Under the pieces are notes generated by a model, which had not been told where the DNA came from, did not search any database, and saw nothing but the letters and a program-made list of their open reading frames with translations. Below, piece by piece: positions 26,521 through 41,043 of a DNA stretch of 64,000 bases (positions within the stretch are counted from its first letter, which is position 1; each line of letters begins with the position of its first letter). Source of the stretch: Callorhinchus milii. Its lineage: Eukaryota. The stretch covers positions 97,032,001-97,096,000 of the forward strand of contig NW_024704742.1 in NCBI RefSeq assembly GCF_018977255.1, given 5' to 3'. Position numbers and translations under genes: made by a program.

Positions 26521-29514
26521 CAGACACTCGGCTGACCTAAAAAAAGAGAAAATGCTTGTCCTTCTTGTACAGTTTAATTTCAATCCTGTACACGACTTTG
26601 GTTGGACTCGCAGGAATGTTTGCGATCTTATTGAACCCATGAAGATTTTTGAAAGACAGGTAAAAAGGCTCATTTGCAGAACTTATTGGGCAATACCTTC
26701 AGGAGAAATGATTGATGTATTTATGTAATTTGCATTGCCCTCCATGGCTGGTTGCATTCCTGTGGCACTCGATTAAGATCCTGTTCAACTGTTTCTCTTG
26801 TTTGTGCCGTGGCTGATGTCATTCATTTGTGAGAGTAGATTACTGAGGATTTTTGAATGTAAATGTAATGCAGCAACATTACACAGAGTCATGGCATTGC
26901 CTATTTCAAATTTCAAGCTGTTCAAATGTCTCAATGTATATAAAATATGAAGGTGGATTATTCAGTAATAATTTTACTGCACTGTAAAAATGCAAGTTTT
27001 TTTTCTTTCATTCACCAGTAATCGTTTTTGCATTTTGCAAGCTTTCTCAACCAAGGGTGAATGTGAAGATCATTGGTTTGGGGGAGGAAATGCTTAATTG
27101 TAAAGTGCAATTCCTAGTGTCTTCGCAGAAAGTAAATTCACATAGAATTCATTCACATTGCAGGAAGTTTATTTTAACTAGGACAAGACGATCAGTCTGT
27201 GGGACAGGAAGGGTTGAAAGAAAAATGACTTCAGAAGAGAAATATGAACATGTTTTTTTCTTGCAGTATCTTTCTTCTCTAAACGTATTTGATAACACAA
27301 ATGATTGGTAAGAGTGGAATTGAGTAGTTGGTTGATTAAGTTACGTTTTAAGCAGGATGGTTGAACCCGAGCGGATGTTATGGATGGGATGTGACATAAC
27401 AAGATGTCATGGACCTAATCTTGTAAAGTAGTCTCCAGATGAGCTCTGAGTTTAGTCTCCCTATCTCCATAACCATGGCGATTTCACAGTAATGGTGCAT
27501 TATGATCTCAAACTAACTGATAATTGTGAGCGTACAGGAGCTAATGGTTGTCATGTGCTTGAAAGGAGTGCGCTATAACTGGTTTCTTACTTAGAAAAAA
27601 CGTGGGCAGTTTGTGGGACTACTTTGAACAGACTGTTGAACTCTTTCTTGCATTTTATTTATGACAGATCATAGTTTTATTTACAGACATGTTTACTACA
27701 GTGGACTCGAGAAGTAGGTTTAAATCAATTGCATTCAGTGGGGGAAACAATATGGCCAAGAAGCCATTGTATTTTAAAAACAATGCAATTTACTTTTAAA
27801 CCATGACTTTCAAAGTGCTTAAAATGATCAAATGTGACCTTGAGGTGGTTGGTGGAAAGGCTCTGATCAGTAAAACGATAAGGTAAAGAGGTCATTTGTT
27901 ATTTGTCTTGAGGATCACATTTCTGATTTACTGAACTTTACATATCTTATTCATAGTATTTGGGGCATGTTCAATTGAACAGTGACACTTTCCAGAGGCA
28001 CTGATCAAATTCAAAAAATTGTTAGCTTCATGGCTGTTTTGCGCCATTGCTGTGCTTAAATGGCTGTGTGTTGGGGTACTTTCTCACCTGAGGAATTAGT
28101 GGTGTTCTGTTAAAGCAAGAATACTAATTGTTTTAAATAATGGATATGCCATTTTCCTTTCCAGATCGTTTGTTTATTTTTTTGCATGTGAGGTATTTCA
28201 GTCACAGAGTTTTATTTGAACAGTTTTGTTGATGACATTTGAATTGCCAGATATGTCAACTTGTATTATCCATTGACTTTGAAAGGATGACGGCAGCAGA
28301 ACCTAGACTGCTGCAGAGTTGGGATTGTGACTATTGAATAGATAGAATATTTTACAATGGCCCCCTCAGGACCAATACTGGACATGAGTCACTTCACTTT
28401 CTGTTTTGTCACATGTATTATTATTATGTATGAATGTGCAACAATTCATTAAATTGTAGTGTTGATCTTTTGTATTTGCCAAGTTAATGTAGTAGAATAC
28501 TTCTAATTGAAACCTTTTACACAGGTAGGATTTATTTGATATCAGTAGTTATTACTCAAGAGCATGTTTGAATTGCAATTCCTTATATACAGGTTCCACT
28601 TCAGCAGTGAAATGGTCTGCTTAGGCGCAACACAGATTATATTCCATGCCATGTTCCCTGTTAGTTTCTGCTTCTCAGCTGGCCTAGAAGTCAATATTGA
28701 TTGTAGCCTCAACTTACAAAAGGAGTTGCAGCTTCCTGTGAATTGAGGGAGAGACATTCTAATGACATAACTGTGTTTGATACATTTTCAGCAGACTGCG
28801 TGCAGCTTAAGCACTGCTGCTTGTCTTAATGAAAGAGAATATAGAATTCGTAAGAACCATTAAGTTGTTATTTGGTGATCTAAATCTACCACTGATTTGT
28901 ATTTTAAAGGAAACATCACAGAACAACTCCAGCACTCGGTAGATCAGTAGCAACAAATGCGAGTGATTCTAGTGCCAGGAATGAATCCGTCCTGAAGCAG
29001 GTTTCGTCCAACCCAATAACACAGTAGTAAGGGCATTGGTGCACTGTGTAGGACTCAGATTTCAGGTGTCGTGTGCATGTGATTTGAGGGTCAATCGGCT
29101 GGACTGTGATGAGGGGAGATCATGGAAGATGGAAAAAGGTCCATTAAAAAGGCAAAGTTTTTTTTCAACTGCCATTTTTGGTTAAAATCGGTAAAAAGCG
29201 ACTTCAAAGAATCTCGAGAATTAGGGAAAAGATAAGATGAGTTTGCTATGATAAACATGTTAGACCAGGGTAATTAATAATACCTGTGCAGGTGATCAAT
29301 ACAAAGTATTGGCCACTTTTGTTTACTTGTCTGGCAAGGATGCTATTGCTTTAGGTTACAGGATTGAGGACATGTCTACAGCTCTACAACTCTCATGAGG
29401 GAGACAGGCTGACATTCCTCTTGTTTGATGTTAGTAACTGATCATTGTCAGTGAGTTAGGGGTCAGATTGTTAATTCTGTGACGACCTAAATCCCACAGG
29501 TCTTAAATCTATTG

Positions 29515-29900
29515 AGTGTTGGTTTGGTTCAGTTATTAACACTTTTGCCTTTAGTTTACGTGGTTGTGCATTTAAGCCTACTACAGGACTTCAGCCTGTC
29601 GTATGGGCCAAAACTCCAATGTGGTATTAAAAAAGTTCTGCACTGTTGGAAGCACCATCTTTTGAATGAGGCATTTAAAAACTGAGGTCTCATCTGCCTG
29701 CAGTGTTTCAGGTGACATTAAAGGTCTCCTGGTACAACAACAACAACAACTTGCATTTATATAGTGCCCTCCACTCTGGGCTGCGTCTCAGAGCGCTTAA
29801 ACAATGTTGAAGAATATCAGGGTGTTCTCCCAATGACCAATAAGACTCCGTTAAGCACACTCATCTAATTTCTGTGTGAATTTGCCACAGATGAGCTAGT
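29515..29900 (+). mobile_element. DeuSINE-like copy interrupted by an L2 tail
   Basis: ctgcctgcagtgtttcaggtgacattaaaggtctcc..gaagaatatcagggtgttctcc, with an (AAC)n tail insertion at 29734-29803. Confidence 0.65.
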
Positions 29901-30983
29901 GTATTTGTCCTCAGAGATTGCCACACCTCAACACAACTTATTTGGCATTTTTAGCACTGTGCAAATGCAAAAAAATCAAAGCTCCTGATAGCTATCACCG
30001 ACTGATTCCTGATCATTAAACAGTGAATCCTGGTGGAAAGTTTATAAGGATATCTAGTAAAGACAGGATTAGATTTATCTGCTTCTCCTTAGTCAAAGAG
30101 CTTACTCTACCACATTATTTGCACACAAAGAATGGCTACTTGATATCAACTGGCGCCTGAAGATCCTTATCCTTATCCAAGCTTGGATCAGCACCTTCAA
30201 GGGTGGGTGAAGATGTCAAATTGAATGTTAATTTGGATAGTTGTGCTTAGCTGCCCTAATTTGCAAGTTAATAAAAAAAATGTTGATTATGACCCACTGT
30301 TAGCTCTGAAACTAGCTGGCCATTTGCTTTTTCCCGGTTTTATGAATCCCAACATTAGATTTATGAAGCTGGTGTGGAAACATTGATGAACTAATGCTGA
30401 TGTGACATAGATATCTTTGGTGTGCTAATTTTTTCCTCTACTGAGGGGCTAATGCCTTTACCTTTCCCTTTTTAATGTAAGTTCTAGTAGACTTTTCTAG
30501 GACAGGGGGCAGCACAATTGACTAGGTCCTCATCCAACGTGCACACACATGCACAGAAAGTCAGGCATCATAGGATCACAATCGAGAGAGATCTTGTGGG
30601 TGGGAGGCCATGCAAAATGCATTTACAGCTAATAATAATAATGATAATAATAATGCTAATGCGTGCATTGGAAAGAGCACCTTTCATGTTGGATGTTTGT
30701 CTCAAAGCACTTCACAGGATTTGCTGTTAAATGTAGTGACTCTATAATTTGTAGGCTTAGGATTGATGCCCACACAATCATGAACTTAATGACCAATTTT
30801 ATCTGGGGGCTTGTTGGCCAGGATTTTGAAATGGACTTTACAATAGGATTACTACGCCACAATTTATCCATAGTTATCGGCAAGGCTGGCAACATGAGAC
30901 ATGTGAGACGGAAGTCTGTGGAGCACGTTTTGGTTGAGCCCCTGTTCAATTCATGACCTCTCCAGTGTTGTTGTTGGTGTTAC

Positions 30984-31316
30984 GTCCTGTAGCTCAGTGG
31001 AGTGGAGTCCTGTAGTTCAGTGGTTAGAGCACTCGCCTCGCAAGCGAGAGACCTGGGTTCAATTCCCGGCAGGGCGAAATGTTGGGCACTTTTCCTTACT
31101 CCACATGCCTCTGTTTACCTAGCAGTAAGTAGGAATAAATTCTTCAAAAAAAATTGGTCACTTCAATGGGGCATTGTGGGACACTGCCGTGCGCACGCAT
31201 TTCGCCCATGAAATATACAGTCAATTCATTTTACAGTATATTCTGTGAAGCGCTTTGAGATGTCGTGACGATGTGATGAGGTGCTATATTAAATGTAAGG
31301 ATTATTATTATTATTA
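30984..31316 (+). mobile_element. tRNA(Ala)-like SINE with duplicated 5' end
   Basis: gtcctgtagctcagtgg at 30984-31000 is repeated immediately before the full head; (att)n tail. Confidence 0.92.
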
Positions 31317-32599
31317 ATGATATAAAACAATGTGTGAGTTTTTTTAATGAAAGCTTCCCAATGGTTTTCTGGACAAAACTATTCTCTCTTCTCATATTGG
31401 CTGACTTGCTCCTCTCTCCACTCTAGTCCAAATATAAACATGTATGTGTCTGCTGCTGCAGCAGTGCAGGAAGTTCCCTGTGGGGTCACACTAGTGCAGA
31501 CTCTGGAGCCTTCACTTTTTGAGTGCCTTTCATGTCGGGAGGATGTCTCAAAGTGCTTTGTTTCACATGATCTTCTGTAAAGTATATTTTGTAGTTGAAG
31601 TCTCTTTTTTTATATACACTTTCTCTCTCTCTCCATCCTGCTCACTCTTGCTCTCCCCCTCTCTCTTTTCCTTGATGTGAATATCAAAGAACAACATATT
31701 CACTTCCCTTGTAGTCTGAATACTATTCGACAGAATGGGGACAGACAGCTGAATCTGATTCTATATTTACTGCCACTGCCATAAAAAGGAGCAATAAAAT
31801 AGTAAGGTGCTTAGATATTTTTGTCCTGTGAGTTATCCTCCCACCTTCGCTTGTCTTCATCTTCTGTCCTGAAGATCCTTTTTTTTTCTTTTCCTGCAGC
31901 ATAGTTCCATGGATACCATATGTGTCCTTCTGAACTTCATGTGCGTGGCCATGGAATATGTATAAGTCTTGATATGATTATGTGTGAGAGATGACAATGT
32001 CAGCAAGCTAATTAATTGTGAGCAGTGTCAACAGGCTAATCAATTGTAGATATTATCGCAGCCAAAATCAATCTTATCCTCACCAACATACTTTCCAGTT
32101 GGAGTCTGAGGATAGCGAGCAGGAACTACGTTAAAATGTCCCTTTTGAAATCTTTTTGATAGGAAACCAAATTCATAAATTATTATTATTATTATAGTAA
32201 AATGTGAGTTTTCTGCTAACTTCAATTTTGCCAGAAGGGAAGAGAAGGAAGAAAGGTCCGACCTTCATGTTGGATTATTAAGGTTTTGTTGGAATTTGAG
32301 ACCATTAGCTCAAGAAACTTTCTCCTTCCCCCACAATAAGTGGAGAATATTCCTTTGTTTATCTACATGTGTAATAGTTCCTGGGGTGCTGGTTCCAGCT
32401 TTTGAACTGCTGCCAGATGTGGGAATTCTTTGATTCAGTGAACAGCAGTTGCGACTTGATCTTAACAGTATAAAAAGAGGACATGTAAAATATTGGATTG
32501 GATGTCAGCTCAAATTCTGAGAAGTAGATGAAACAAAGAGACAAGATTGATCCATTGTTGATAAAATGGTTGGAATTTTTTTTGGTGGGGGCAAGCTAG

Positions 32600-33005
32600 G
32601 TGTCTGACAGATGCGGAAACCCATTGTCATGATTTAAGAGTATCCAAACCAGACAGTTCCACAAATGTGTGCAAGCTGCACATGGAAATTTCCCACCTGG
32701 CTGGAATGGTGTGCACATATACTCCCTGGAGGGATGCACCCTGGTTACTTTATTTTGGAAAGTATTTGGTGCACGTTGGTAAGATCCAAGGTTTTGAGAG
32801 TGTGTGTTGGTGTACTGCTGAAGTAAAACTGAAACCTCATAGATTGCCATCGATAGCACTGTCTGGCAAGCTTCCCACTGCTTGGTCCAGCAAGGACCAC
32901 CCCATCTGTTAGGGTTTTAACTTACAGAGTTAACAGGTGCTGAGTGAGAAGAATCCTTGACCACAATCTTCCTCTTCAAGTCCTGCCTACAAGCCAGGCT
33001 GGCTT
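32600..33005 (+). repeat. Copy of the unclassified repeat
   Basis: ctccctggaggga, ttgccatcgatagcactgtctggcaagcttccc and cttcaagtcctgc shared with the other copies. Confidence 0.75.
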
Positions 33006-33014
33006 GTCTGTCAT

Positions 33015-33240
33015 CAATAAGGCCTTGGGTAGTGGAAATCTGGAACACTCTCTCCCAAAAGGCTATGGATGCTGGGTCCATTCACATCTCTAAGACTGAG
33101 GTGGATGGCTATTTGTTAGGCCAGGGTATTAAGGGATATGGGGCAAGGGTAGATAATTGGACTTAAGGTACATATCAACCATGATCTTATAGAATGGCAG
33201 AATAGGCTGAATGGCCTACTCCTGTATCTATGTTTCTACT
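33015..33240 (+). mobile_element. CR1 3' end
   Basis: VVEIWNTLSQKAMDAGSIHISKTEVD..GIKGYG, then the tail ggctgaatggcctactcctgtatctatgtt. Confidence 0.8.
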
Positions 33241-34609
33241 CCAGTCCAACCTAGCTTGGGAACTGGACTTCTGCTACAATGGACAATCCTTGCATTTGAT
33301 ATAGCGCTGATTAGAATGTTGTCAAGACATCTCAATGCACTTCACAGAAACATTGTAAAGTGTAATGATTGTATTTTGTAGGTAAAGCACTCCAACCTGA
33401 TAACCATTTAGTGACTTACCCTTGGATCAACTGAATTCTGATATTTTGTTTCCAGCTCAGACCCAAGGAGACCCCCCATTTACCTCTCTTCACCCCCATG
33501 AAAATAGGGAATGAGACATCTTGGGATGTCCTTCCAACATGAAAGGTGCTATATAAATGTAACATATGTAGTTGTTGTTGAATGATTGAAATAGGCCTAA
33601 AGATGGCTCCATGTTTTTTTGAACAAGTACCAAGGAAGACTGCTTGTAAAATTGAAGGCTGCTGTAAAGGAGCCGCAGTTGCTGCAAACCTTGGGTGTAC
33701 TCAGGCAATGTAAATGTTTACTCGCAAGCTTTAGTTCTAAGGGCACGGTTCCAACATTGCACTGGCTTGGCAGCAAGCCATGCTAAGTGTAGGTCATTTT
33801 GAAAACAATACCCATAAAATCTTCACAAAGCACTGTGTGATATATAGAAAATGGGATATTTGGAGGGGAATTCTGAGGCAGCTTTTGTTCTAACCAGGCT
33901 GAGAACAAGTTGGAAGAAATTGGGTTGAGAGTGCAGGGACTAGTAGGTTTCTGCCAGACATTACTAAACTGAAGTAATACAGATATTCTGCTGGATACTC
34001 ATTGTGCATTACCTTCTTTAAGCTTCACAAACAGCTCAGTGGTTTACAGGTGGAAATAAGAGCCTAGGCTCAATCCTTGACCTGTGCTGATGTTCACCAA
34101 CATTAGCAGGGTATTTTTTTAAGGAATTGTGACTGGTGGGGACAAAACTCAAAGGGTCAATTTGTATCCCACATCAATAAACCGATTTAAAAAAAAACGA
34201 TTTCTGCAGATGAAGTGATACTTCACGGACAAGGTGACCAAGGTTGTGATATCATTACGATATCTAATAAGTCTTAAAGAAGTTATGATTTTTTTTAGAT
34301 AATAGCTGAAAAATAAGACTTTTTGTTCAGCCTATATTTGTTTAAATCTTAGGATGATTGATATAATATGAAAGCAGGAATCTAATAAGTAATAATCATA
34401 CAATGTCTTTAATTATCAAATAATCTGGAAAATTTGCCTAAAAATTTCTAAAAACTCGCTAAACGGAGGTAACTGCCAACAAAATTGCGAACCCCTTTTA
34501 TTATTATTATTATTATGGAAGGACAATCTACTGGTGGGGAATTTTGAAATTATTGCTAATTCCTAGGGGCTGGTGGGGATTTCCCCACCACTTTATATGT
34601 GTTAGCTGG

Positions 34610-35092
34610 ATGTCTGACACATGAGGAAGCCCATCACTATGTTTAGCCTGATGAAGTTCCATGCATCCCATCTACACATGACAATTCCTGGAATTTCTGG
34701 AGTTTTGGAATGGAATGCGCACTCTCTTCCTGGAGGGACACCTCCTGCTTTACCAAATTCTAGAGAGCATTACAATAACAAAATTATATTTGTACAGCGC
34801 TTTCATGTCGGGAGGATGCTCCAAGATGCTGGGTCCATTTTGCACATTGAGCACAGGTTGACACAAGCTAAGGCTTGGAGACCTCAGAATGTATTTGTGA
34901 TTACCGCTGGAATTTAAGCAGCTAAAACTCCATAGCTTGACATTGAGAGTACTGTCTGGCAAGCTTCGGACTGCTTGTCCAGCTCAGACCACCCTACCTA
35001 TTATGGGTTTGGCTTGCAGGGTTAACAGGAGCTGAATGGGAAGAATTCCTGCCCCCTACTGGCCAGCCTACCCTTCCAAGTCCTACTGATGA
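34610..35092 (+). repeat. Copy of the unclassified repeat with an L2 tail inserted
   Basis: ttccatgcatccca, cctggagggacac, ctgtctggcaagctt and ttccaagtcctactgatg. L2 tail at ~34773-34830. Confidence 0.75.
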
Positions 35093-35789
35093 ACGTGAGG
35101 TTAGAATAGTATCTGTCTCAGCTAAGATGCCCTCCGCCTTACAACCTTACAAGTCAATTAGCTGACCTAAGATCGAGATGAAGTGCACTTACAACCATCA
35201 CCATCTCTCTCCCTTTGGGAAGAGCTGTTTTCTCATTTACCCTTGTGGTGTTCAAACGGTTAAGGAGAGTTTACTTGTACATTCTTGTATTTTTTCCCCC
35301 ACCGACATTTTATGGTCTGTGCCTGCAAACCTGGGATTATGAGAAGATGATATGTTTGGTTCAATGTGACAGTTTGTTGGGTGCCACAACTGGATGCTTA
35401 CAACATCTTTGGAGTGTTTCAACAAGAGCAAGTAAGTGTTTCTTTCCAACCTGCTGGAAGAAGATACAATGTAAAATTACAGATGCCTCTGTTATAAACT
35501 GCACCATGAATTTGCAAGACTAGTGCAGCTCTTGCCTGTATTATTACTGTTATATTGGAGAGTGGTTTTCATGAAAGTTTAGAAATCGAGAGATTACCAT
35601 TTACTCAAGATAATTTAAAGCATTAAAGTTTTAGCAGCCTTGGCCTGAGTTACCCTTTTTTATACAGTGTGTGCAATTTTTGAAAAGAACAAACAAAGAA
35701 AAGATATGCCCTTCTGTACAACACAAGTTTTCTTTAAAAAACAATAACTCAGTCCATCCCTGCAACCCTCTCCTCTGAACATTTATTGT

Positions 35790-36586
35790 TCAGTTGAATG
35801 TCAACAAGACCGAGGCCCTCCCTTCAGCGTCTCCACACCTCAGCTACTGACAGCATCGCCATCTATAGATGCACACTTCACCTCACTGAGCCAGTCCGGA
35901 ACTCTGGGGTCTTGTTTGACCCTCAGTTTTCCTTTCTACCCCACATCCATGCAATGACCCGCTCTGCTGTCCCCCACCTGCACAACATCACTTGGCTCGG
36001 CCACTGCCTCTCCCCTCAGGCTGCTGAAACCCTCATCCGAGCATTTATCACATCTCGATGAGACTACACCAACTCCCTGCTTGTTGGCCTTCCCAACTCT
36101 TCCCTCCACACGCTGCAGATCATTCAGTACTCTGCAGTTTGTGTCCTCTCCTGCACCAGGCTCCATAACCCTATCAACCCCATCCTCGCCCGACACCACT
36201 AGTTCCCCATTTTCTAGAGGATAAGGTTTGAAATCCTTGTCCTTGCCTTCAGGACCCTCCAGGACCTTGCTCCTTCCTACCTCTGTGACCTGCTAACCCC
36301 GTATCAACCTGCCCGCTTCCTCCACTCAGCAGGCTGCGGCCTCCTCTATGTCCCCCACTCCACCATCGGCAGTCCGGCCTTCAGCCTCTCTGTCCCCACC
36401 CTATGGAACTCCATCCCACAATCCCCTCCTCTTTGACCGCGCCTTTTGACACCCTCCTACCCCTACTCTCGCTGCCCTCCACCCACCCCCGATCCAACCG
36501 CCTGCGCGGGTCCAAATCCCTGACTGTCCAGTGCTTGGGACGACCTCCTGATGTGAAATGCGCTATATAAATGTAATTTGTTGTCG
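35790..36586 (+). mobile_element. Older L2 3' fragment
   Basis: PVRNSGVLFDPQFSFLPHI..AAETLIRAFITSR, ending in the L2 tail aaatgcgctatataaatgtaatttgttg. Confidence 0.9.
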
Positions 36587-37477
36587 TGTTAAATCGAATC
36601 AGGATTAAAATTTTGAATAGCTGCACGCACAGTGTCTCTTGAATATGTTCGTAATGTCCTTCAGTGGAGTCTTTTTGAGCATCTTGTAATTTAACAGACA
36701 TCACATTTGGGATGTTGTAAGTGGCAGACGTCTGTCTGTGCTAAATGCAGTGCCCAATCTGTAATGAAATTTACAACCCTGCAATTGTCTGAATTGATTG
36801 TTTTGTTCACAGATTTAAATAATAATTGCATCTGATATTAGCATTTATGCCATTTCTCCCAGATAAGGGAAGAGGTCTCTTAAATGACCCTATTGGAATA
36901 AGGATGTAATCCACCCATCAATTAGAAGTTATAAAGTGTTTATTGTATCTCAGCCTGAACGAGCATGGGGGTCTCCCCTCCTATCTTGCTTCCGGTCAGA
37001 CTCTCGAGCATGTACAAAACCTTAAATCGATCCCAGACTACCAATATCCCCATTAATGCAGGGGTCATTACACACCGTATCACATCAGAACATCTCAAAG
37101 GCTTTAACCTAATGAAGTGTTGCACACCACAGCTTCATCGGAAGCATCCATGGACATCATTGAGATGACAGATCAAATTAAAAAAATGCTCTGTGGATAT
37201 ATTTTTAAATTGATGCTTTCACTGTTTGAATCACTGAGCGTGCTGTGGGGCTGATTCCAATGCTTACCTATAAATGTCATGTCATTAACTGAAGATGGGA
37301 AATACAATCAGTTGAAAGGAAAAATTGCATGAACTTTAAGTCGCCTCGAGTCCAAACGCAACACAGGTAAACTATTTGCATCACCAAGAACCTCCAGTTC
37401 ACAAGTGGACTGGTTCACAGTTGGAATGTACTGAAGATTCTGTGTGTCAAAAATGGTGGCAAAGAAAAGGTCAGCAA

Positions 37478-37762
37478 AATATAATAATAATAATCATTGC
37501 ATTTGATGAAGCACTTTTGAATGTCTTCGAGCCGTTTCAAAGCACTTCACAGAATAGACTGTAAAGTGAATTGACTGTGTATTTTGTGGGCAAAACATGC
37601 CAATTGGGTACAGCAGTGTCTCACAAACAGTCGTGGATTGAGTGATCAATTTATTTATTTATTTTTGAAGGAATTGTTACTCCCAGAAAAGAGATCCGCC
37701 ATTCGACTAACAAGCAGGTTTCTACATATAGCATGTGGAGTAAAGAAACTTGCCCAAGGTTT
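37478..37762 (-). mobile_element. tRNA-derived SINE, head missing
   Basis: (aat)n tail, reverse-complement body, and gtggagtaaagaaacttgcccaaggttt. Confidence 0.85.
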
Positions 37763-40114
37763 TAAAGAAGCTTTAGCTGATCTTTTGGGCTCTCAAAAGT
37801 GTGTTTGATGTTTGAAATGGTGAGATATTAAAAGCCTCATTTAAATCAGCATTTTGAGCCCAGTGGTAAATGATGTGAGATTATTTCTATGGGAACAGCT
37901 GCAGTTTCAGTGAATAAGTGTGGGTAGTGTACTTGGGAATTACTAGATCTGTAAATAGACATTATATTAGATCTGTAAATACACATTATAGACCAGCTTC
38001 TTAAGACCACATTGGGTGAAACTGGCAAAGGTATATCCAGCTGTGAAAACATGAGATAGGGAGCAGAGGAGGGGAACTTGTTGTTGTTTATATGGTGACG
38101 TGATGGAGTGGATGACTTCTGACCAGCTCTGCATGTCTTTACTACTGTTTGGTTTTTAATGAGTAATCTGGAACATACCTGTGTGCTGTGTAATAATTGT
38201 CAGACTATGCCAATACAGGCAGGCAGGGTGGGGTGTAAAAGAGTAAGCAATTGGAAAAATACTATAGCAAATTAATATTTCTTTATAAGTATAAGTATGA
38301 ATCAAATGTTGAAAAAAAAGTGACAGCTGAGTAGCCTGATGTCTATCTGGAAACTCCGGGAAGCTTCTAACGGATTCTTAATTAGTTGCCTATTTTTAAC
38401 CCAGAAGGGCTTTGACTTGCAGGGCTAAGGACACGTCTTCAACTTTGAGTGTTGAAGACTATGTGTTCGTGTGTGCCTCCTCAGGTCCAGTCCAGTCGCA
38501 GGGAAACTCAGTTTATTTTACCATTCATCTCCTCTCCCCCCGCACCTGCACCCCATTGTAAATATTTTATAGATATGGTATTCGTTTTATTGTCGGTGAA
38601 TTAAGTTTCAGTCAGGTCAAAATAAACCACCTCAGCTATCTGGAGTGTTTTAAATAAATTGTAAAACATTTACTGCAAAAATAGAAGTTCATTTCATACG
38701 TTTACATCTCACCTCTTCCTGACTCATCAAATATGTTGGAGATGAAATGCATCTATCTGTATTTATGGTCTGTTAGTGACAGGAAGTTATATTACCACCA
38801 TGTGCAACTAGAGCAGATAGCTAGATGTTTGCTTTTGTAAAGTAAGGATATAGAAAGTAAAATAGGATGCAATACTCAGTTTAGTTGGTAATAGGAACCA
38901 TGTCTTTGTTGTCAAATCAAGTGGTATCAAATGTGTTTCATCAAATGTGTTTATTGCTAATGGACTTTTTCACTGGAAGGATTGCTATGGGTTGGGACTC
39001 AGTTAGACAGCAACGCAGTATAAGGTTTGCTATTTTAAGAAGTGTTTGTTGGGAGGGATATTATCACCGTGGACCCATACTCTTTCTGTACTATTGACCC
39101 TTTTCCAAAGCAGTATTTTAATAGCCTGTTGAACACAGCTCCTTTTACCCTGGCACTTTCAGAACAGAGCAGTGTAGTAAGTAAAATGTCCCAAAGCTCA
39201 GTTAGTAAGCTCACTTTTTTTTCTTAACTGGCTCTTTCATTGAAAACTCTAAATGTTGTAGAAACCTAGAAAAGGATTTTGAAATGTAATTCAAGTTGAA
39301 CTACTGTCATTTCAATAATATTTAGCAATTGAAACTTATTCTTGCATTTATAAGACTGTATCCTGGAATAATTGCAACTGGAGCATAAAAGCTAACTCTG
39401 TAAAGGGGTAAAGAGTGGTCACTTTCAAGATAACCAGATGGTATAATAGTGTCTGAAAGTTTTTTCTTGGCCTCTCAGGATATTCTGCTACTCTGGGTGG
39501 GAGCTTTCAATACTTAAAACACTGAATGCTATCATTGAGGAGAAATCTGGAATTTTAACTTTTCTATTTACAGATGTTACTCATGCACATCAGCAATTCG
39601 TCTTGTTTGGATATTCTTCTTTGACTGTCACTGACTGGCGGACTCGCTAAGTCATGAAACCAATCAAATGTCCCAGTTAGAGGTATTTTAGCAGTGAAAG
39701 CGCTTGAGTGCGGAAATCATGTTCAGCGGTTTACTTCCCAAGTGGTGGTCTGGTTTTCTTGGATTTATCATAATTGGAAACTCCAATGCAAGTTTTACAA
39801 AGGCTTGTAACGTGAGACTAATTCATCCATTTCAAAAAGATTGCTTTCCTCCAAAGCCTCTTGTCCCATTATTATTCAGTTAAAGGCAGGTGGTACAGCC
39901 AGCTCATTTTAATTTATTTCTCACCATTAGGTTAGACTGGCATACCGACAACGTGCTCCCAGGCCTCTGCCAGTGTTACTCCACACTCGGCTGTCAGAAG
40001 TAAAAATCTATTATTTTTTATACCCTCAGAATGGCTATTCACTGCAGCTATATACTCTAATAATCTCAATGCCCTGTGTTTTTGTTTCCCTATGCCCTTA
40101 CCATTGAATATTTA

Positions 40115-40522
40115 TGTCAGTTTGGCTTAGTGGTAGTATTCTCTCCTCTGAGTCAGAGTCTAGCTGATGCTCCAATGCACTGCTGGGGATATATTTCATT
40201 GTTAGAGGTGGTGTTCTTCACGGATGAAATGTTAGACCTCAGTCCCATCTCCTATTCAGGTGTATGTTAAAGATCCCATCCCAAGATCCTATTCAAAAAG
40301 AGAGGAGAGTTTCTCCCGGTATCCTGGCCAATAAATCCCCCAAATAAAATTGGTCTCTCACTCTTTGACTTCTTTGTGGGACATTGTTGTGTGCAATTGG
40401 CTGCTGCATTTCACCCACAAAATACACAATCAATCCTCTTTACAGTGTATCTGTAAACTATACTGTAAAACGCTTTGAGATGTCTCGACATGATAAGCTG
40501 CTATATCAAATACATTATTATC
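40115..40522 (+). mobile_element. Deu-domain SINE (DeuSINE-like)
   Basis: ttcaggtgtatgttaaagatccca..aaaagagaggagagtttctcccggtatcctggccaata resembles the Deu core as I recall it. It has a degenerate tRNA-like head and an L2-type tail. Confidence 0.7.
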
Positions 40523-41043
40523 ATTTATTACGTATAATGTTTCTCTTTATTTTTAAATGGTATTGTAGTCTGAGTCCCAATAGAACATTGGCAACAAAAC
40601 ATTTCATGCTAGCATAAACGTCTCTATGAAAAGTTTTCTTCTACCTTCCCCTCAACTCTTTTACAGATATTTCTCCAATTTCCCCAATACTCTGATACAA
40701 CAGCACAGAAATAATTGTCTCACTTATAAACGCATCCGTGCAGGGAGAGTGGGTGTTTATTCCTTCTTCAGCTGATGAAGCCTGTAAATTGTATGTTTAA
40801 AAATATCAAAAATTGTCTCCCTGGTAATTATTTTATAAAAATTCATTCGATTAAAAAAGGTTTAAAAAGCTGGAACAGGATGATTCCATTTACCCAGAGG
40901 GGTGCTCCATCTACTGGTAGTTATAGAATATTCCTTAAAAAACCCACAAGGAATGCTTATTGACGTCACAAAATTTATCTCATTAAATCCTACCCGTAAC
41001 TTGAAGTCTGACTCACAAACCCATGGAAATGCCATTCACCACA

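Noticed and set aside
6755..28392. AP-1-like TGAGTCA motifs as enhancers
   Set aside because: 7-mers are expected by chance in 64 kb, and no conservation data are available.
31004..31075. Functional tRNA-Ala gene
   Set aside because: No proper acceptor stem, and it runs into a SINE body repeated many times in the window.
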